NCBI GenBank assembly: GCA_977020255.1 | Contig: CDROCS010001161.1 | Coordinates: 1 to 64,000 of the forward strand | Direction: 5' to 3' | DNA from: Obrimoposthia wandeli | Lineage: Eukaryota | Length of the DNA: 64,000 nt | Shown here: piece after piece, positions 24,561 through 36,999 of the stretch | How the letters are laid out: each line of letters begins with the position of its first letter | Position numbering within the stretch: the first letter of the stretch is position 1 | Notes under the pieces: model-generated | What the model was told of the DNA's origin: nothing | What the model saw: only the letters and a program-made list of their open reading frames with translations | The model's database searches: none | Made by a program: the position numbers and the translations under genes

Positions 24561-26230
24561 CTAAAAATTTTAATAAATATCAATTTTTTAAATTCTTTGA
24601 ATTTTGTTGCAAAATTATTCAATTTTTTGATAAGAAATTTAAATTTTATAAGTTTTATATATGTCTTCATTTCCGTATTAGGTTGAAATGCCTAAAAAAA
24701 CAAATGTTTCGGAAAAATAAATTTTCGATTTAAGAAAATTTACTGAAGAAGATACTAAAAAAGGAAACCGCGACTCCTTTACTGTTTGGAGGAAAACAGC
24801 AAAACTTCTCAGTTATAACAGAATATCTGCCCTTGAATAACAGAAAATCAGTTTATGAAATCTATAGGCGAAAGTATAAGAACTGTAAGTATTTGTATAA
24901 TATTGGAAATTCGTTTCATAAAAATAATATTGATCAGATTTTATCATATATTTAGTTACTCATATTATTTTAGCTGACACTGTTTCTTGATAAAACACTG
25001 AAAAACTGCCCCACCACTATCCAATTTAGCGCCACTGATGCAGTCTAAAATGACCCAGTTAAATATATTTAGCATTTTATTACTAAAGTGAATGGTGTTT
25101 AAAAAAATCCAATAAATTAACGTTTCGTGGACTTTACATGATGTTATGTTCTAATTTTTTTATTTTCTAAAAATTATTAATGTTTTCATGATAGATATGT
25201 CTTCTTAAAAATAATATATTTCGATGAAAATGATGAAAATACTCATGAATTTGAATATTTTTATGATAAAATGTGTAAAAGAAATGATTAAATTGAAAAT
25301 TATTTTGCATAAAATATGTAAGTAAATCTTCGTCGAAAAGCAGTATTTTATTTTAGTTTCATATCTTATGAATAGTAAAACACAATTTATCTTCAGATAT
25401 TCACATACAAAAAACTCTAAATGGAATTACTAATGTAACTTTACCACTTTACATTCAAAATAAAATTTTACATTTTTCGAATTTGACACTTACTAAACTG
25501 TGGTGTTGACCTATATTATATTGTATTTGAAGATTGAAGTAAACTTTTACGATCAACCTTCAATGTTCATTCTTGATTCAGCATGTTGCACAAATAGTCT
25601 AAATCTATTTTTTGTTTATTTCTTTGTTGCTTCTTTATTTAAGAAACAGTTTCTTTGTCGCAATTTAAACGTTCTTTTTCTTTTTGGACATTTCTTTGAA
25701 TAGCAACTTGCTGCTAAACATTCGAGTTCATGACATATACAGCATCATCAAACATTGCCTTTTGGCGGTACCTGCATTTATTTTTTTGCTCTATTCTTTT
25801 TTGATTGTTCTAATCTATTCTTATTATAGTTCCCTTCTTCATCTTAGTTTCTTAATTTCTCTCAAAAGTTGAATATTTTCTCCATCCACAATTTCACGAG
25901 TTTCATTAATATCCTTATCAGTTACAAGTTTCCTATTATATCAGCTGAAAAACATCATAAATTCCTGATTGCAAGTTTGAATACATCAGATCCTTTGTGT
26001 TGAATATGTTGTTATATAACTGAGGTTTTCATTGGTTTTATATTTGACACGTTACATTCAAGATACATGCAGTCAATACATCAGCATAAGAGAAACCCAG
26101 GCTGTCATATTTATAATTAAATTATCACGTTTAATCATCCTAACAATAAATACTTTTTAAAGATAATAAGGCTTTCGAAATATATGCGTTAAAATAGGAT
26201 CACTTAATAAACTTATCGAAATGAAAAGTA

Positions 26231-26356
26231 AATATTATTTTTAACGTTTTGTTTTTGTTACTTCTTTCATTGTTAATTTTATTTATGACAATTTAATGTC
26301 ATAAATAAAAATAACAATGAAAGAAGCAATAAAAACAAAACGATAAAAATAATATT
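26231..26356. repeat. Near-perfect ~126-bp foldback (hairpin or MITE-like)
   Basis: Two ~60-bp arms (AATATTATTTTT...TTTATGACA and TGTCATAAA...AAAAATAATATT) around a 5-6 nt loop. Confidence 0.85.
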
Positions 26357-26847
26357 ATTATTTTTATTTTTTTTACCTTTATTATTCATCAATACTAAGA
26401 TTTAGTATCATACATTTTTATTATATGTATAAAAAGTGAATTCAACCGTAAATTGATATGTGATATATTTTATTTTGAAAGTTTTCTTCATATAGATGTA
26501 AAAATATATTTGTAACATAAAATAGTTAAAGAAATTATTTAAATTCTAAATACCGAAATCGAAATCGAAATCTTCTCTTTCAAGATTATAGGTTTGATAC
26601 TTACTTTAATTTATTTGTATATGAATGAATATTTTGCTTATACATTTCTAATGAAATTTATTACGACTTGCAGGTCAACTTCACTCTGTACTTAAACTAG
26701 CTAAATGTAAATGCAAATCACCTCAATGGCACAACCAAAGGTCAATATACTAGTAGGTGTGTAAGGGTAGATGTTAAGTTTAATTAATTAAAAGTTAATT
26801 AAAAAGTGCATTCGGTGCACATTTTTAGAATCATTTTATTTTGGTCA

Positions 26848-26899
26848 GTTCCCGAACGGATTATCACCGGTTTCGCCCTGCCGGGCTCATCAGGGGAAC
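26848..26899 (-). ncRNA. Type I hammerhead ribozyme (UUC site, one C-U mismatch in stem III)
   Basis: GUUCCC-CUGAUGA-GCCC(GGCA)GGGC-GAA-ACCGG(UGAUAAU)CCGUU-C-GGGAAC. Confidence 0.9.
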
Positions 26900-27500
26900 G
26901 GCAGGTTATCTCTGACTTCGCGGTAGTTATTTCCGCGAAGCCAGAGATAAAAGTGACAGAAGAATGTCACTGTTTGGGATTCGGTCGCAGATCGACTGGA
27001 CTAATTTGATTCAGTTCGATCAGCGATCGAGACAAATTTAGCCATATTTAGATGGCATTACAGATCGACTGGACTCTTGGTTTATTCCTCTCTGCCCAGT
27101 TCCAATTGCCTGGAGATGCTGCCATTTCTCTCTCTCTCTCTCCCTCTATGCGTGGCTGTGTCGGGATGCATCTCCCCACAACCGCAGCTATCTCCCTCTG
27201 CTGTCAGTCAGTTGCTGCCACTGCTGCGGCTCGGCGTGTGGGTGGATGCAGCGCGGGATTCTCGGATGCGGTCGGTGTTTCGTGTCTCTCGGCAACAACT
27301 ATCCTATCGCAGTTTTGACGGCTAGCGCTGCTATTTCTCTCTGCGGCGAAATTCTCCCTCTTATCTCTTTTTTGAATGCAGAACTATAACTGGGATTGAT
27401 TTAGAAAATCAGCCATAAAAATTAAAATATTTTACAATTTTTGAAAGTCAGACAAAAATATAAAATGATTTGGAAATTTCTTTTTAATTCATTGGAAAAT

Positions 27501-28075
27501 TTATAACAATTATTTGAATTATTATTTGAAGAAGATATTCATTTATAAATTATAACAATTATTTGAAGTTATTATTTGAAGAAGATATTCATTTATAAAT
27601 TATAACAATTATTTGAAGTTATTATTTGAAGAAGATATGCATTTATAAATTATAACAATTATTTGAATTATTATTTGAAGAAGATATTCATTTATAAATT
27701 ATAACAATTATTTGAAGTTATTATTCGAAGAAGATATTCATTTATAAATTATAACAATTATTTGAATTATTATTTGAAGAAGATATTCATTTATAAATTA
27801 TAACAATTATTTGAATTATTATTTGAAGAAGATATTCATTTATAAATTATAACAATTATTTGAAGTTATTATTTGAAGAAGATATTCATTTATAAATTAT
27901 AACAATTATTTGAATTATTATTTGAAGAAGATATTCATTTATAAATTATAACAATTATTTGAATTATTATTTGAAGAAGATATTCATTTATAAATTATAA
28001 CAATTATTTGAATTATTATTTGAAGAAGATATTCGTTTATAAATTATAACAATTATTTGAAGTTATTATTTGAAA
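27501..28075. repeat. 49-50 bp tandem array, about 11.5 copies, inside LTR A2
   Basis: Unit TTATAACAATTATTTGAA(G)TTATTATTTGAAGAAGATATTCATTTATAAA. Confidence 0.95.
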
Positions 28076-30696
28076 TAGATAGTTGTTTATAACTAATATT
28101 AACATAGATAGCAAGAGAGATAACACAGATAAATGTGATAAAAAACATGGATGCTGAGTTGAAATGGTGGGGTCAGTGTTGTCGATTCGTAGCATCGAAA
28201 AAATCTTCATATTTTTCAGCGTGGATCTCGGCTTTTCCAAACAAAGTGCGAGACTTCACTCGACTTTGTTGATATATGTGTATTCAATTCTAATTATGTT
28301 CAATGCTATTTTTTATAAAAATAAATAATAGCTTTGAAAAGAAATATTCAAAAACTTTCATAGAATAAATATAGCGACGTTCGAAAATATATATTATATT
28401 TAATATAAAGTTTAATTTTAAATTGTAATAAAAACTCAAGTAAATGTCAAAAGAATTTTCAGTAAAACATCATGCTATATTAACTATCAGGCATTGTCTA
28501 TAAATCTAATCTTATATTGAATCAAAAAATTATCTTTCAATAATTTTAGAAATGGCTTTTGTAGATGTTTGCATGTAATCAGCAATACACTTTATTATTG
28601 TATGAATATCTGGAAAATGAATCAAAAGGATTTAATATTGTAATGAAATTTATTCAAATTTTAATTTTAAATTTTAAATGTTGGTTGAAATTGGCAAAAA
28701 TAAACATAACAATGAAGTTGTTTTTTTAATAAATATTTGTTTATTGACTTATTATTTGTATCTCAATTTTGTTTTAAAAAAATATTTAAATTATGCAAAT
28801 AATATTTGATTAGCAATAATTACATTTGTATATTAAATATTTTTAAATATTTCAATTTTCTAAAACTTAATTAAATAATATTCATATGTTAAATGATTAT
28901 TTTGTATTAATTGTTATATGATTGACAACACATCAAAATGTTGACAGTGAAAACTCGAGTCCAGAAAAAAGGACAAATGTTTGAATTTGCTCTAGAAATT
29001 TATATATTTAAATATTATTTAAACAAATACATAATAAATTTATAACAAATATATTGTATTTATTTATATTTTGTATTTAGATGGTGACTATCATGATGCG
29101 TTTCTTTAAGGAGTACATTAGTCTCGATGTAAACTATATTAACAAAAGTTAATGTATAACAAACGAAAACACCTGATATGATTTATATTCTACTCAAACG
29201 GGTAATTTCAGATGGAAAATTTATTCACCACATTCATTTGTCAAAAATTCATTCAACAGTAATAAAAATAAATTTGAAAAATTTGAAAAAAATTCAACTG
29301 TTACAGTTTTTATAAAATGTTAATAATTTAATTTGAAGGAAATTTAGCTTTATTATTTTATAAACAATATTTTATCTAATCAATATTTCTACTCAAAACT
29401 GTTATGAATGAGACCAGAAATAAAGAGAAGACTGTTGAAAGAACTATAAAGGTTGTTTGAAGGAAAGAACAATTCTGGAGTGTGGGGCACTCCAATGTAT
29501 GAGGGGTAGTGCGTTACAGACAGCCCCTACGGTTTTCAAAGACCGCCAATACCTCAAAGTCATTGTCAAGTTTAAGAAAAGCCATATATTCAAGACACCT
29601 AACGTGTAGATTCTTTCTCCCACCTTTATCCTTAATATTTGAGACGGATATCTATGAATGAACATACTCAACGCACTGAACATCCATGCCATTGCTGATT
29701 TTGGTGCTTATCTAACCGAACAGCTGAACAAGAATGCTCTCTTTCTGTTCATTACAAACCAGAACTAGTAAGCATGTAAAGTCAAGGAGTCACTCCTCGG
29801 ATATTCAGAGACAATGAAAGAGCATCCTGCAATATTTTGTGATATAATTATATCTTCATAATATATGTAATTTTATTGAGTCTTTACTGCAACTTTGTAT
29901 GTCAGAACGCTCGCTAATCATTTTAAAAAATTTGAAAGCTTAATTTTGATTAAAAAAGTGTTATAAAACTATTTTATGAAACATCAAATTTATCGAATTT
30001 ATATTATCGACCAAATTAATACTAAGTTTGTTACTGTTCACACATTCGAGAAAAAACTAAATTTTTTCGGCCTATTTAGTTCATAAATGTAAAGTCGAAG
30101 AACCCTAGAATAAAGAGTCATAATGCGATTTTCATAATCTATAAATGGTTCGTAATTTTATTTCTTTTCGATGTTTTGACTTTCAAAGGTTTTTAAATTT
30201 TTAATTTTCTACTTTTCAAAGTTATATATCATAACGTAGTTATATATCAATGGTTAAACCTTCAAGAGTCAAAACCTCCTATATTTTCATTTTTATACTT
30301 TTCAAAATTATATATTATAAACCTTCGAGAGTTTGATCTATAGAATCAAAATCTTCAACAAAAAAAATTGTACCTTTAAATGCAATAAAAATGCACTTGT
30401 TTTCAACTTGATCAGACCTTCAAGGGTTGACCTACAAAGGTACAAACTTTCAACAATTTTTTTGTCACTTTTAAAAGTAATCATAATGTACTTGCTTTGA
30501 ACTTGATCAAACGTTTGAAAAATGTTCTACACGGGTAAAAACTGTAAAAAAAAATAACACTTACAAAAAATACATGTATATTACTTTTATAAAATTTCTA
30601 TATACAAAATATAACCTCAGAAATTTTTACTATTTTTTATCAAATTTAAACTACATACAAGTAGAAAGGTGTTTGTAACCCTATCATCACCTTCAT

Positions 30697-30782
30697 CGTC
30701 ACCCATAACCCTACCACTAACGCTGTCACCAACCCTAACTCTAACCCTAACCTTATTTCTAACTATCAAACTCTAACTCTAG
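30697..30782. repeat. Degenerate CCCTAA-like tract
   Basis: ...CATAACCCTACCACTAAC...CCAACCCTAACTCTAACCCTAACCTTA... Confidence 0.5.
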
Positions 30783-32335
30783 CTCTCTAAAATATATTTT
30801 TCTTTATTTATCCATTCTATAGTATGGAATAGGGAATTATTTTACTAAATTAGGAAAACTATAAGGAGATATTTCTAAAAACTCAATTTATTGATGAACG
30901 TTTATATAATGAATTCTCTATCAATTTCATTGCTCTCATTGAGTACTAAAGATGTTCAAGGGAAACATCAGATTATGACAAAATTATATAACGAGATGAA
31001 ATCATTGAGCATGTCTCAGGGTGAATTTAGGGGAATGGGAAGGATGTTGTCTTAGTATAATTAGTTTTAAAAATTCGACAAGGTAGAATAAATTACTACA
31101 AAGAATTTTTTAAAAATCTATAACATAGATTAATCAAAAAGATATAATCAAATTTAATTTTCATTCCGATTGCGGTTATTATTTTTCTTAAGCTTATCTA
31201 TAAAAAATTTTATCTTTAGTAATTTTTATTTTCTTCATTGATTATTCATCAAACTTTATCAAGCCTTGTTGAAATTTTCATTACTGTATGCAGTTTATTC
31301 ACATCTTACTTTAGTTTTCTTCACACCTTCTCACATTTTCCAATAACTTTTAGAACTTTTTCCAGTATAGCTCCTAAAATATCAATGCAACAACTTTTCT
31401 CAGTCTTTGTTTTTCAATAAACGTATATTTTATAACTTAAACTTAAAATGCATGCAATGATAGATTAAAACAAAGATTTCGTTAGGTTTTTTAAGTATCA
31501 TCTATATTTTAGCTGACAAATCATTATATGATATAAATATGTATAGACCACTTGCAACTTAAATGTTACTTACGAGCAAGTTATGTGCAATAATTTTTTT
31601 GGTTCTATAAATAAAATATATATTTTAAATCACATTGCAAATTACGTGCAATAAATGTCTTTATTCTTAGTAAATTTATGAAAAAGTAAGTAGTTTTAAA
31701 AAAATTATCACTCATGGCAACAACTTTTAATTCCAAAGAAAACCAGAATTGCATTATTCGACCTTCTCAGGATCTGCACCAGTGACAAGTATTTCAACTG
31801 TTAGGGAACTTCAATGTTTTGTCAATAATGATTCTTCTTGCACTATTTGATGCGTTAAACAATATTAATTAATATTATAATAATGATATTTAAATAAAAG
31901 CTACACATTATATAGCTTTATAAATAAAATTTGTATTAGTTTTGATTAAATATGTGTTAATTAGTTATATCCCTTGAAGCATGTTATCAACTCTCATTGG
32001 TTAGTATTTTTTATAATCTTCTTGCCTTTTTAATTTCTATCAAGAATGGTTACAACTACTTATTTATTTATTTCAGTCATACTACTAATATATTAATCTA
32101 CTTACAGATATTTACTTCATCCAATGATAATAAATAACAAATATATTTAGTAAAGCTACTTTCAAACAATTATCTTCAAAATATATACGAAGTTTTGTAT
32201 GAAATTTCATCAAATATGTCTTATGTCCGAACAATTGATAAAAATAGTTTTAGCTTTTTTATAATTGTAACATAGTTTGAATCGGTTTTGGAATATTTTC
32301 ACTGTTTTATTTAATGTTGTATATATTGATGTATA

Positions 32336-32614
32336 CAGTCAGACCTCTACATAACGAACACTTTTTTTTAACGAACGGTAAACCAAAATTATTATTAATA
32401 ATTGAAAAAAAAAAATTGAAAAGAATTGAAAAACATTTTAGCTTCTAAAAAACCAAAAGACATTACTGACTATTTGGTTAGGAAAAAATAAATACATGTC
32501 TTATTGTAGTTTATTTTGTTTTATAAATAAAAGTTTATTAAATTGTTCGTTCCTTTTTTTAACGAACATGGAATTTTTTGAAAAGTTGGTGTTCGTTATG
32601 TAGAGGTCTGACTG
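32336..32614. mobile_element. Tc1/mariner-superfamily MITE
   Basis: TIR CAGTCAGACCTCTACATAACGAACAC at both ends, flanked by TA. Confidence 0.92.
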
Positions 32615-32987
32615 TATATTGATGTGTTAGTTTCAAAAATAGTGGCCAATAGGAAATGATCTTCAAATATGTTACAAAGGTTGATAGCCAACAGCCAATA
32701 AGAAATTATAAAAATATAATTTAGTAGATAAGTTTAAAATAGTTAAATAAAAACAATATTAAAAAATACTAACAATATTAAAAAATCAAGAAACATATTT
32801 ATTTTATGGAATCAATATTTTAATGTCATTACAATATTGGGAGTATTAATAATTGATTCTTACTTCAATCGTGAATATTTTTAGAACAAATTACAAATAT
32901 TTACTTGCATTATTTGCGATATAGTTTCCTGAATTATCCACAGACATAGTGACAAGAAGTAATCTACACCTGAACAATACACATACA

Positions 32988-33885
32988 TTTTGGGATTTAA
33001 AAAAAATAATTTAAAAATTAATTAAGTCAATTAAAATTGACATTTCTGAAATTCCCACGATCAGGGAAGTATTCTTGTTCAACCTCCGACGGGATAAACC
33101 TGTTTCGCCTTGTCAGGCTCGTCTGGGGGGTGGCTCAAAAATATCAGAGATAAATCTGACAAAATAAAGTGGTTTTGACTACCACAGATTTTCCGCCCAG
33201 AAAAGACAGCCGATGCGATTATCGTTGTAACATCTAGCGCTATCGATGCGAGTGGTTTATCCCCATGTTGTGGACTTCCCTTGCTGTCTCTCACATGCCG
33301 GTAGTATCGCTCAGTGGTTACAGTCCGGCATTCACTGACCCGGATTGCCTCATCTCGATCGTGACCAGCCCAACCAACAGAGGCAACTCCAGCAACAGCA
33401 CCAGATGTGTCTCCCTTCTATCAAACCTCCCTTTTTAGTGCAAGCGTCTCAGTTCCCTTTCTGACAAGACAAGTTTAATCGGTCGATCAATTCTGTGACT
33501 GTGTATACAATGAAGCAGTTTCAGCAGGAAATCTCCGTCGTCAGTGTGCCAATGTGTGTTGTGTGCGTTTCACACCTTATCTTCCTCTCTCCTACCGATC
33601 AATATCCTCGCGTGTACACTGAGTGCTGTGCACGTATTGATTTTTGCTGGCAATACCAGTTGTGAAGAGCCAAAACTGTTTAATTAGAAGCGTGCTTTTG
33701 TATTTGCCACTTTGCGAAAAAATTTACATCAGAAGTTAAAAACACAAGAAAATTATTCTAACTATAATTTTTAGACAATATTTTTGGCAGAATTTGAATA
33801 GAACAATTATTTCAATTGAATTTACCCATTTATCGGAAACAATTTATTTCATTGTCCCAAAAACCTTTAATAGAAACTTATAACA
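32988..33885 (+). mobile_element. Solo LTR family A copy 3
   Basis: TTTTGG (TGTTGG with one change)...ATAACA, with TSD TACA (32984-32987 and 33886-33889); contains a hammerhead homolog. Confidence 0.8.
33082..33131 (-). ncRNA. Degenerate type I hammerhead (core U4A)
   Basis: ACCCCC-CAGACGA-GCCU(GACA)AGGC-GAA-ACAGG(UUUAU)CCCGU-C-GGAGGU. Confidence 0.8.
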
Positions 33886-34056
33886 TACATACTTACTGGT
33901 TTCTGTCATAAAATAATGGCTAGCAAGTATGATAGAAGCGATCGTATATGAATAATAAATTATTTGTGGTAACTTATCTTTCCGCGGATACACACGTACA
34001 TAAAGTAATAAAATAGTAACTAAGACACATGTGATTAACTGAATGCATTATCAATT

Positions 34057-36123
34057 TGTTGGGGTTTCTATACGAGACTTGTATAGATCCTCTTGTGTGC
34101 GGAGGGCCCCAACGTGAGTTCGAATAGAAGCAGGTCTTAAAGTTGGTCGTGGCCTACTTAGTGTTATGTTTGCCTATCTCTATTTCTTATCTGAAGGTGT
34201 TTGGTTTGACGTCTCTTAATCTGAAGGTTTTAAAACAACGTGTTCTAATGTAGGAAATCGTTTATTGGTAGCACACTAAACTAAAACACAACAATACGTT
34301 TACGTACGTATTTTCTAAAAAGTAGGGTAAAAATTCCTAAGACTTCTGTAAGTCTCTACAAGTGGGGATGAACCACGTATCGATTTTAATTTAGATTTGG
34401 TTGGCGTGAGAGTCGTACTCTAAAACTGTGGGCACTTTGAATTTATAGATTTTACAGAGCTGTTGCTCTAAAATAGGGAATGAGTTTACAGACCTTGTTG
34501 CTTTAAAATGTGGTAATGTAAGTTATTTGGTTTGGTAGAGTAGTTACTCGAAACCTCAATACACTAGGAACAATTTATTAATTTTCTCTTACAAAATTTA
34601 CGTACAAAATCGTTCGAATATCCTTCTACTTTATATTTGTTTCTTTCCAATTAGTTTACCAGTTTGTTTAAAATTCAATATTCTTATTTTAAAAATCAAT
34701 TCCAATCTTTATCTTTATTATCAAAGTCAATATTCTTATTTTAAAATTCAATATTCTTATTTTAAAATTCAATTCCAATCTTTATCTTTATTATCAAATT
34801 CAAGATTCTTATTTTAAAAATTCAATATTCTTATTTTAAAAATCAATTCCAATCTTTATCTTTATTATCAAATTCAAGATTCTTATTTTAAAATTCAAGA
34901 TTCTTATTTTAAAAATCAATTCCAATCTTTATCTTTATTATCAAATTCAAGATTCTTATTTTAAAAATCAATATTCTTATTTTAAAATTAATACCAATCT
35001 TTATCTTTATTATCAAATTCAAGATTCTTATTTTAAAAATCAATTCCACTCTTTATCTTTATTATCAAATTCAAGATTCTTATTTTAAAATTCAAGATTC
35101 TTATTTTAAAAATCAATTCCAATCTTTATCTTTATTATCAAATTCAAGATTCTTATTTTAAACTTCTCACTCTGTCTCTCACCTCGTTCCCGTCTGTCCG
35201 TTCCTTGATTTCGGTCTTACTGAGAGCGGTTGCCTTGCTTGGAGATTTCTGGGTCTGGAGGCGCAGTGTCTCTACGGAAACAATTGTTCCGATCCGATTT
35301 TAGCCTCTCGAACTGCGTTCTCTTGGACTAGACGACTGTCGAATGGGCTCGCTCTGGTTAGATGGAGAGGCCGGTTTTCGGACTATCTGTGTGTGCACGG
35401 TCCTCGGTTTGCAGTGTAGGATCGCTTTTCGTCTCGAGTTCCGATCCGATTTTTCCAAATTAGTTTTCCTCGTTTTTTTTTGGAAACTAGAGTTTGGTTA
35501 ATTTCCTTTTATACTGATCTCTCCCAATTTAGAGCACTTAAACACTTAAAGCAAAGTCCTCACTTCTTGACGGCGGTCTCCTCTCCAACGGCACTAATGG
35601 ACTTGGCGACGATGTTAATTTATTTCTGTCGGCGGGAACTTCTCCTAGGAAATTTAACAATAGAGATCACTTAACTAAGTGCTCTTACTTTCTCGACAAG
35701 ACAGTTGTTTGCGGAGAGCTGCTTCTAATAGATTTCTCGGCACTTCCGGAATAGCTTGTCTGGCGCTAAGTGGCGCTAATATTTACTCAGCAACTTTCTT
35801 TTTTCTTCTCGGCCTTAATGGGTTCTGACTCCGATCTTCTCTCAATGATTTAATAATCTTCTATTAATTGGCTTCTTTCTTCTTACTAACTAACCTTATT
35901 TTCTGGGTTATATCTTTTTTTGGCCCTACTTAATTTTAAATTTTAATATATATACTGCACATCACACACGACCTTCGTGGTCCTCTTAATTTTTACCCTT
36001 AATTTTTGTCCTAATATTTTAACTCAATTTTAAATATTTAATTTTCAACCTTGCTTTCAAGGATTTTTATTTTAGTATAAATTTAACTAATTCTTTTAAT
36101 TTTTTCAATTCCTAAATCTAACA
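34057..36123 (-). mobile_element. Solo LTR family B copy 3 (2067 bp)
   Basis: TGTTGGGG...CTAACA with TSD AATT (34053-34056 and 36124-36127). Confidence 0.9.
34655..35162. repeat. Composite tandem array (~21-bp and ~30-bp units) inside LTR B3
   Basis: Alternating AATTCAA(G/T)ATTCTTATTTTAA and AAATCAATTCCAATCTTTATCTTTATTATC. Confidence 0.9.
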
Positions 36124-36186
36124 AATTAAGCTAACTGTCTATAATATAATGGGTTTTTAAGACATAAATTTTGTAAACCAAAGGAT

Positions 36187-36910
36187 TGTTATGAATATTA
36201 ATAGTTCTCTTAATTGAAAACCTTAATTAAAACCTATTAATTAATTTTAAGTAAAGAATGTACATTGGTATTTCATTATTTCAGTCTCTTTTAGTCCCGA
36301 CAGTTATTAACTGTTTCAGCCTAACCAGGACCTCACCAAGGTTTATGCTTATCGCTGACTACACGGCGGCAAACGCCCGCGAAGCCAGATATAAGAAATT
36401 ACAATTTTCCCCCTCTGTCTTTGCTGGTGATTCTGAACCAGCCCATAGCAATACTGTGTATATGTGTGCAGAAATCTTCCGTCACACATACACTCTTATC
36501 TCTCTCTACTCACGTACTCACTCTTCTTGCTCAAGGGCTAACTCTATCTACTCAAGCACTCTCTCCCTGTCTCGTGTGTATGTGCGTGATAAACTATTAT
36601 TATGCTTTTTTTTCGCTGCTCAGATTAGATATGTTGCGGAGGAAGCATATCAGCAATGTAGTGTGCTGCAGTTGGATATTAAAGAAACACATCACATTCG
36701 CTTTAACACAATAATTCAGCTCAAAAATTTCATTGATATTTTTGCCGTCAGAAGAAGTTTGATAATTTTACTCATTATTTATGTTAAATTGAATTGAAAA
36801 ATTACCAAATTCAGAATTCAATCTGAAAATCCATTCACAAGTATTTTCCCAATTATTTAGAATTCAGAATACAATCTCAACAATTTTCTTGATATTTTTG
36901 TTGTATAAAA
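36187..36910 (+). mobile_element. LTR family A copy 4 (diverged; right end at 36881 or ~36910)
   Basis: Starts TGTTAT after ...gacataaattttgtaaaccaaaggat, similar to the sequence before LTR A1; contains hammerhead and hairpin remnants; no TSD found. Confidence 0.62.
36293..36345 (-). ncRNA. Hammerhead remnant with mutated core
   Basis: Core UUGGUGA; GAA-ACAGUU(AAU)AACUGU-C-GGG gives a perfect stem III and GUC site. Confidence 0.6.
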
Positions 36911-36999
36911 AAGAAAATCAATTTGAAATAATAATTTATTTCCGATTATTTTATTGTTTTTAGTTACCCACTGTTTGTCTTTGTTGGAGTGAACGATTG

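Larger units (their letters stand above)
26772..28104 (+). mobile_element. Solo LTR family A copy 2
   Basis: TGTTAA...TTAACA with TSD TAGA (26768-26771 and 28105-28108); hammerhead and hairpin homologous to 7065-7167. Confidence 0.9.

Noticed and set aside
25560-26100. Possible gag remnant with a zinc-knuckle-like CCICHELEC on the minus strand
   Set aside because: The CCHC pattern is incomplete and the frame is heavily broken.
36258-36797. 179-aa ORF, and similar ORFs at 7204, 26806, 27052 and 33079
   Set aside because: They span LTR, ribozyme and CT-rich sequence; not conserved as protein between LTR copies.
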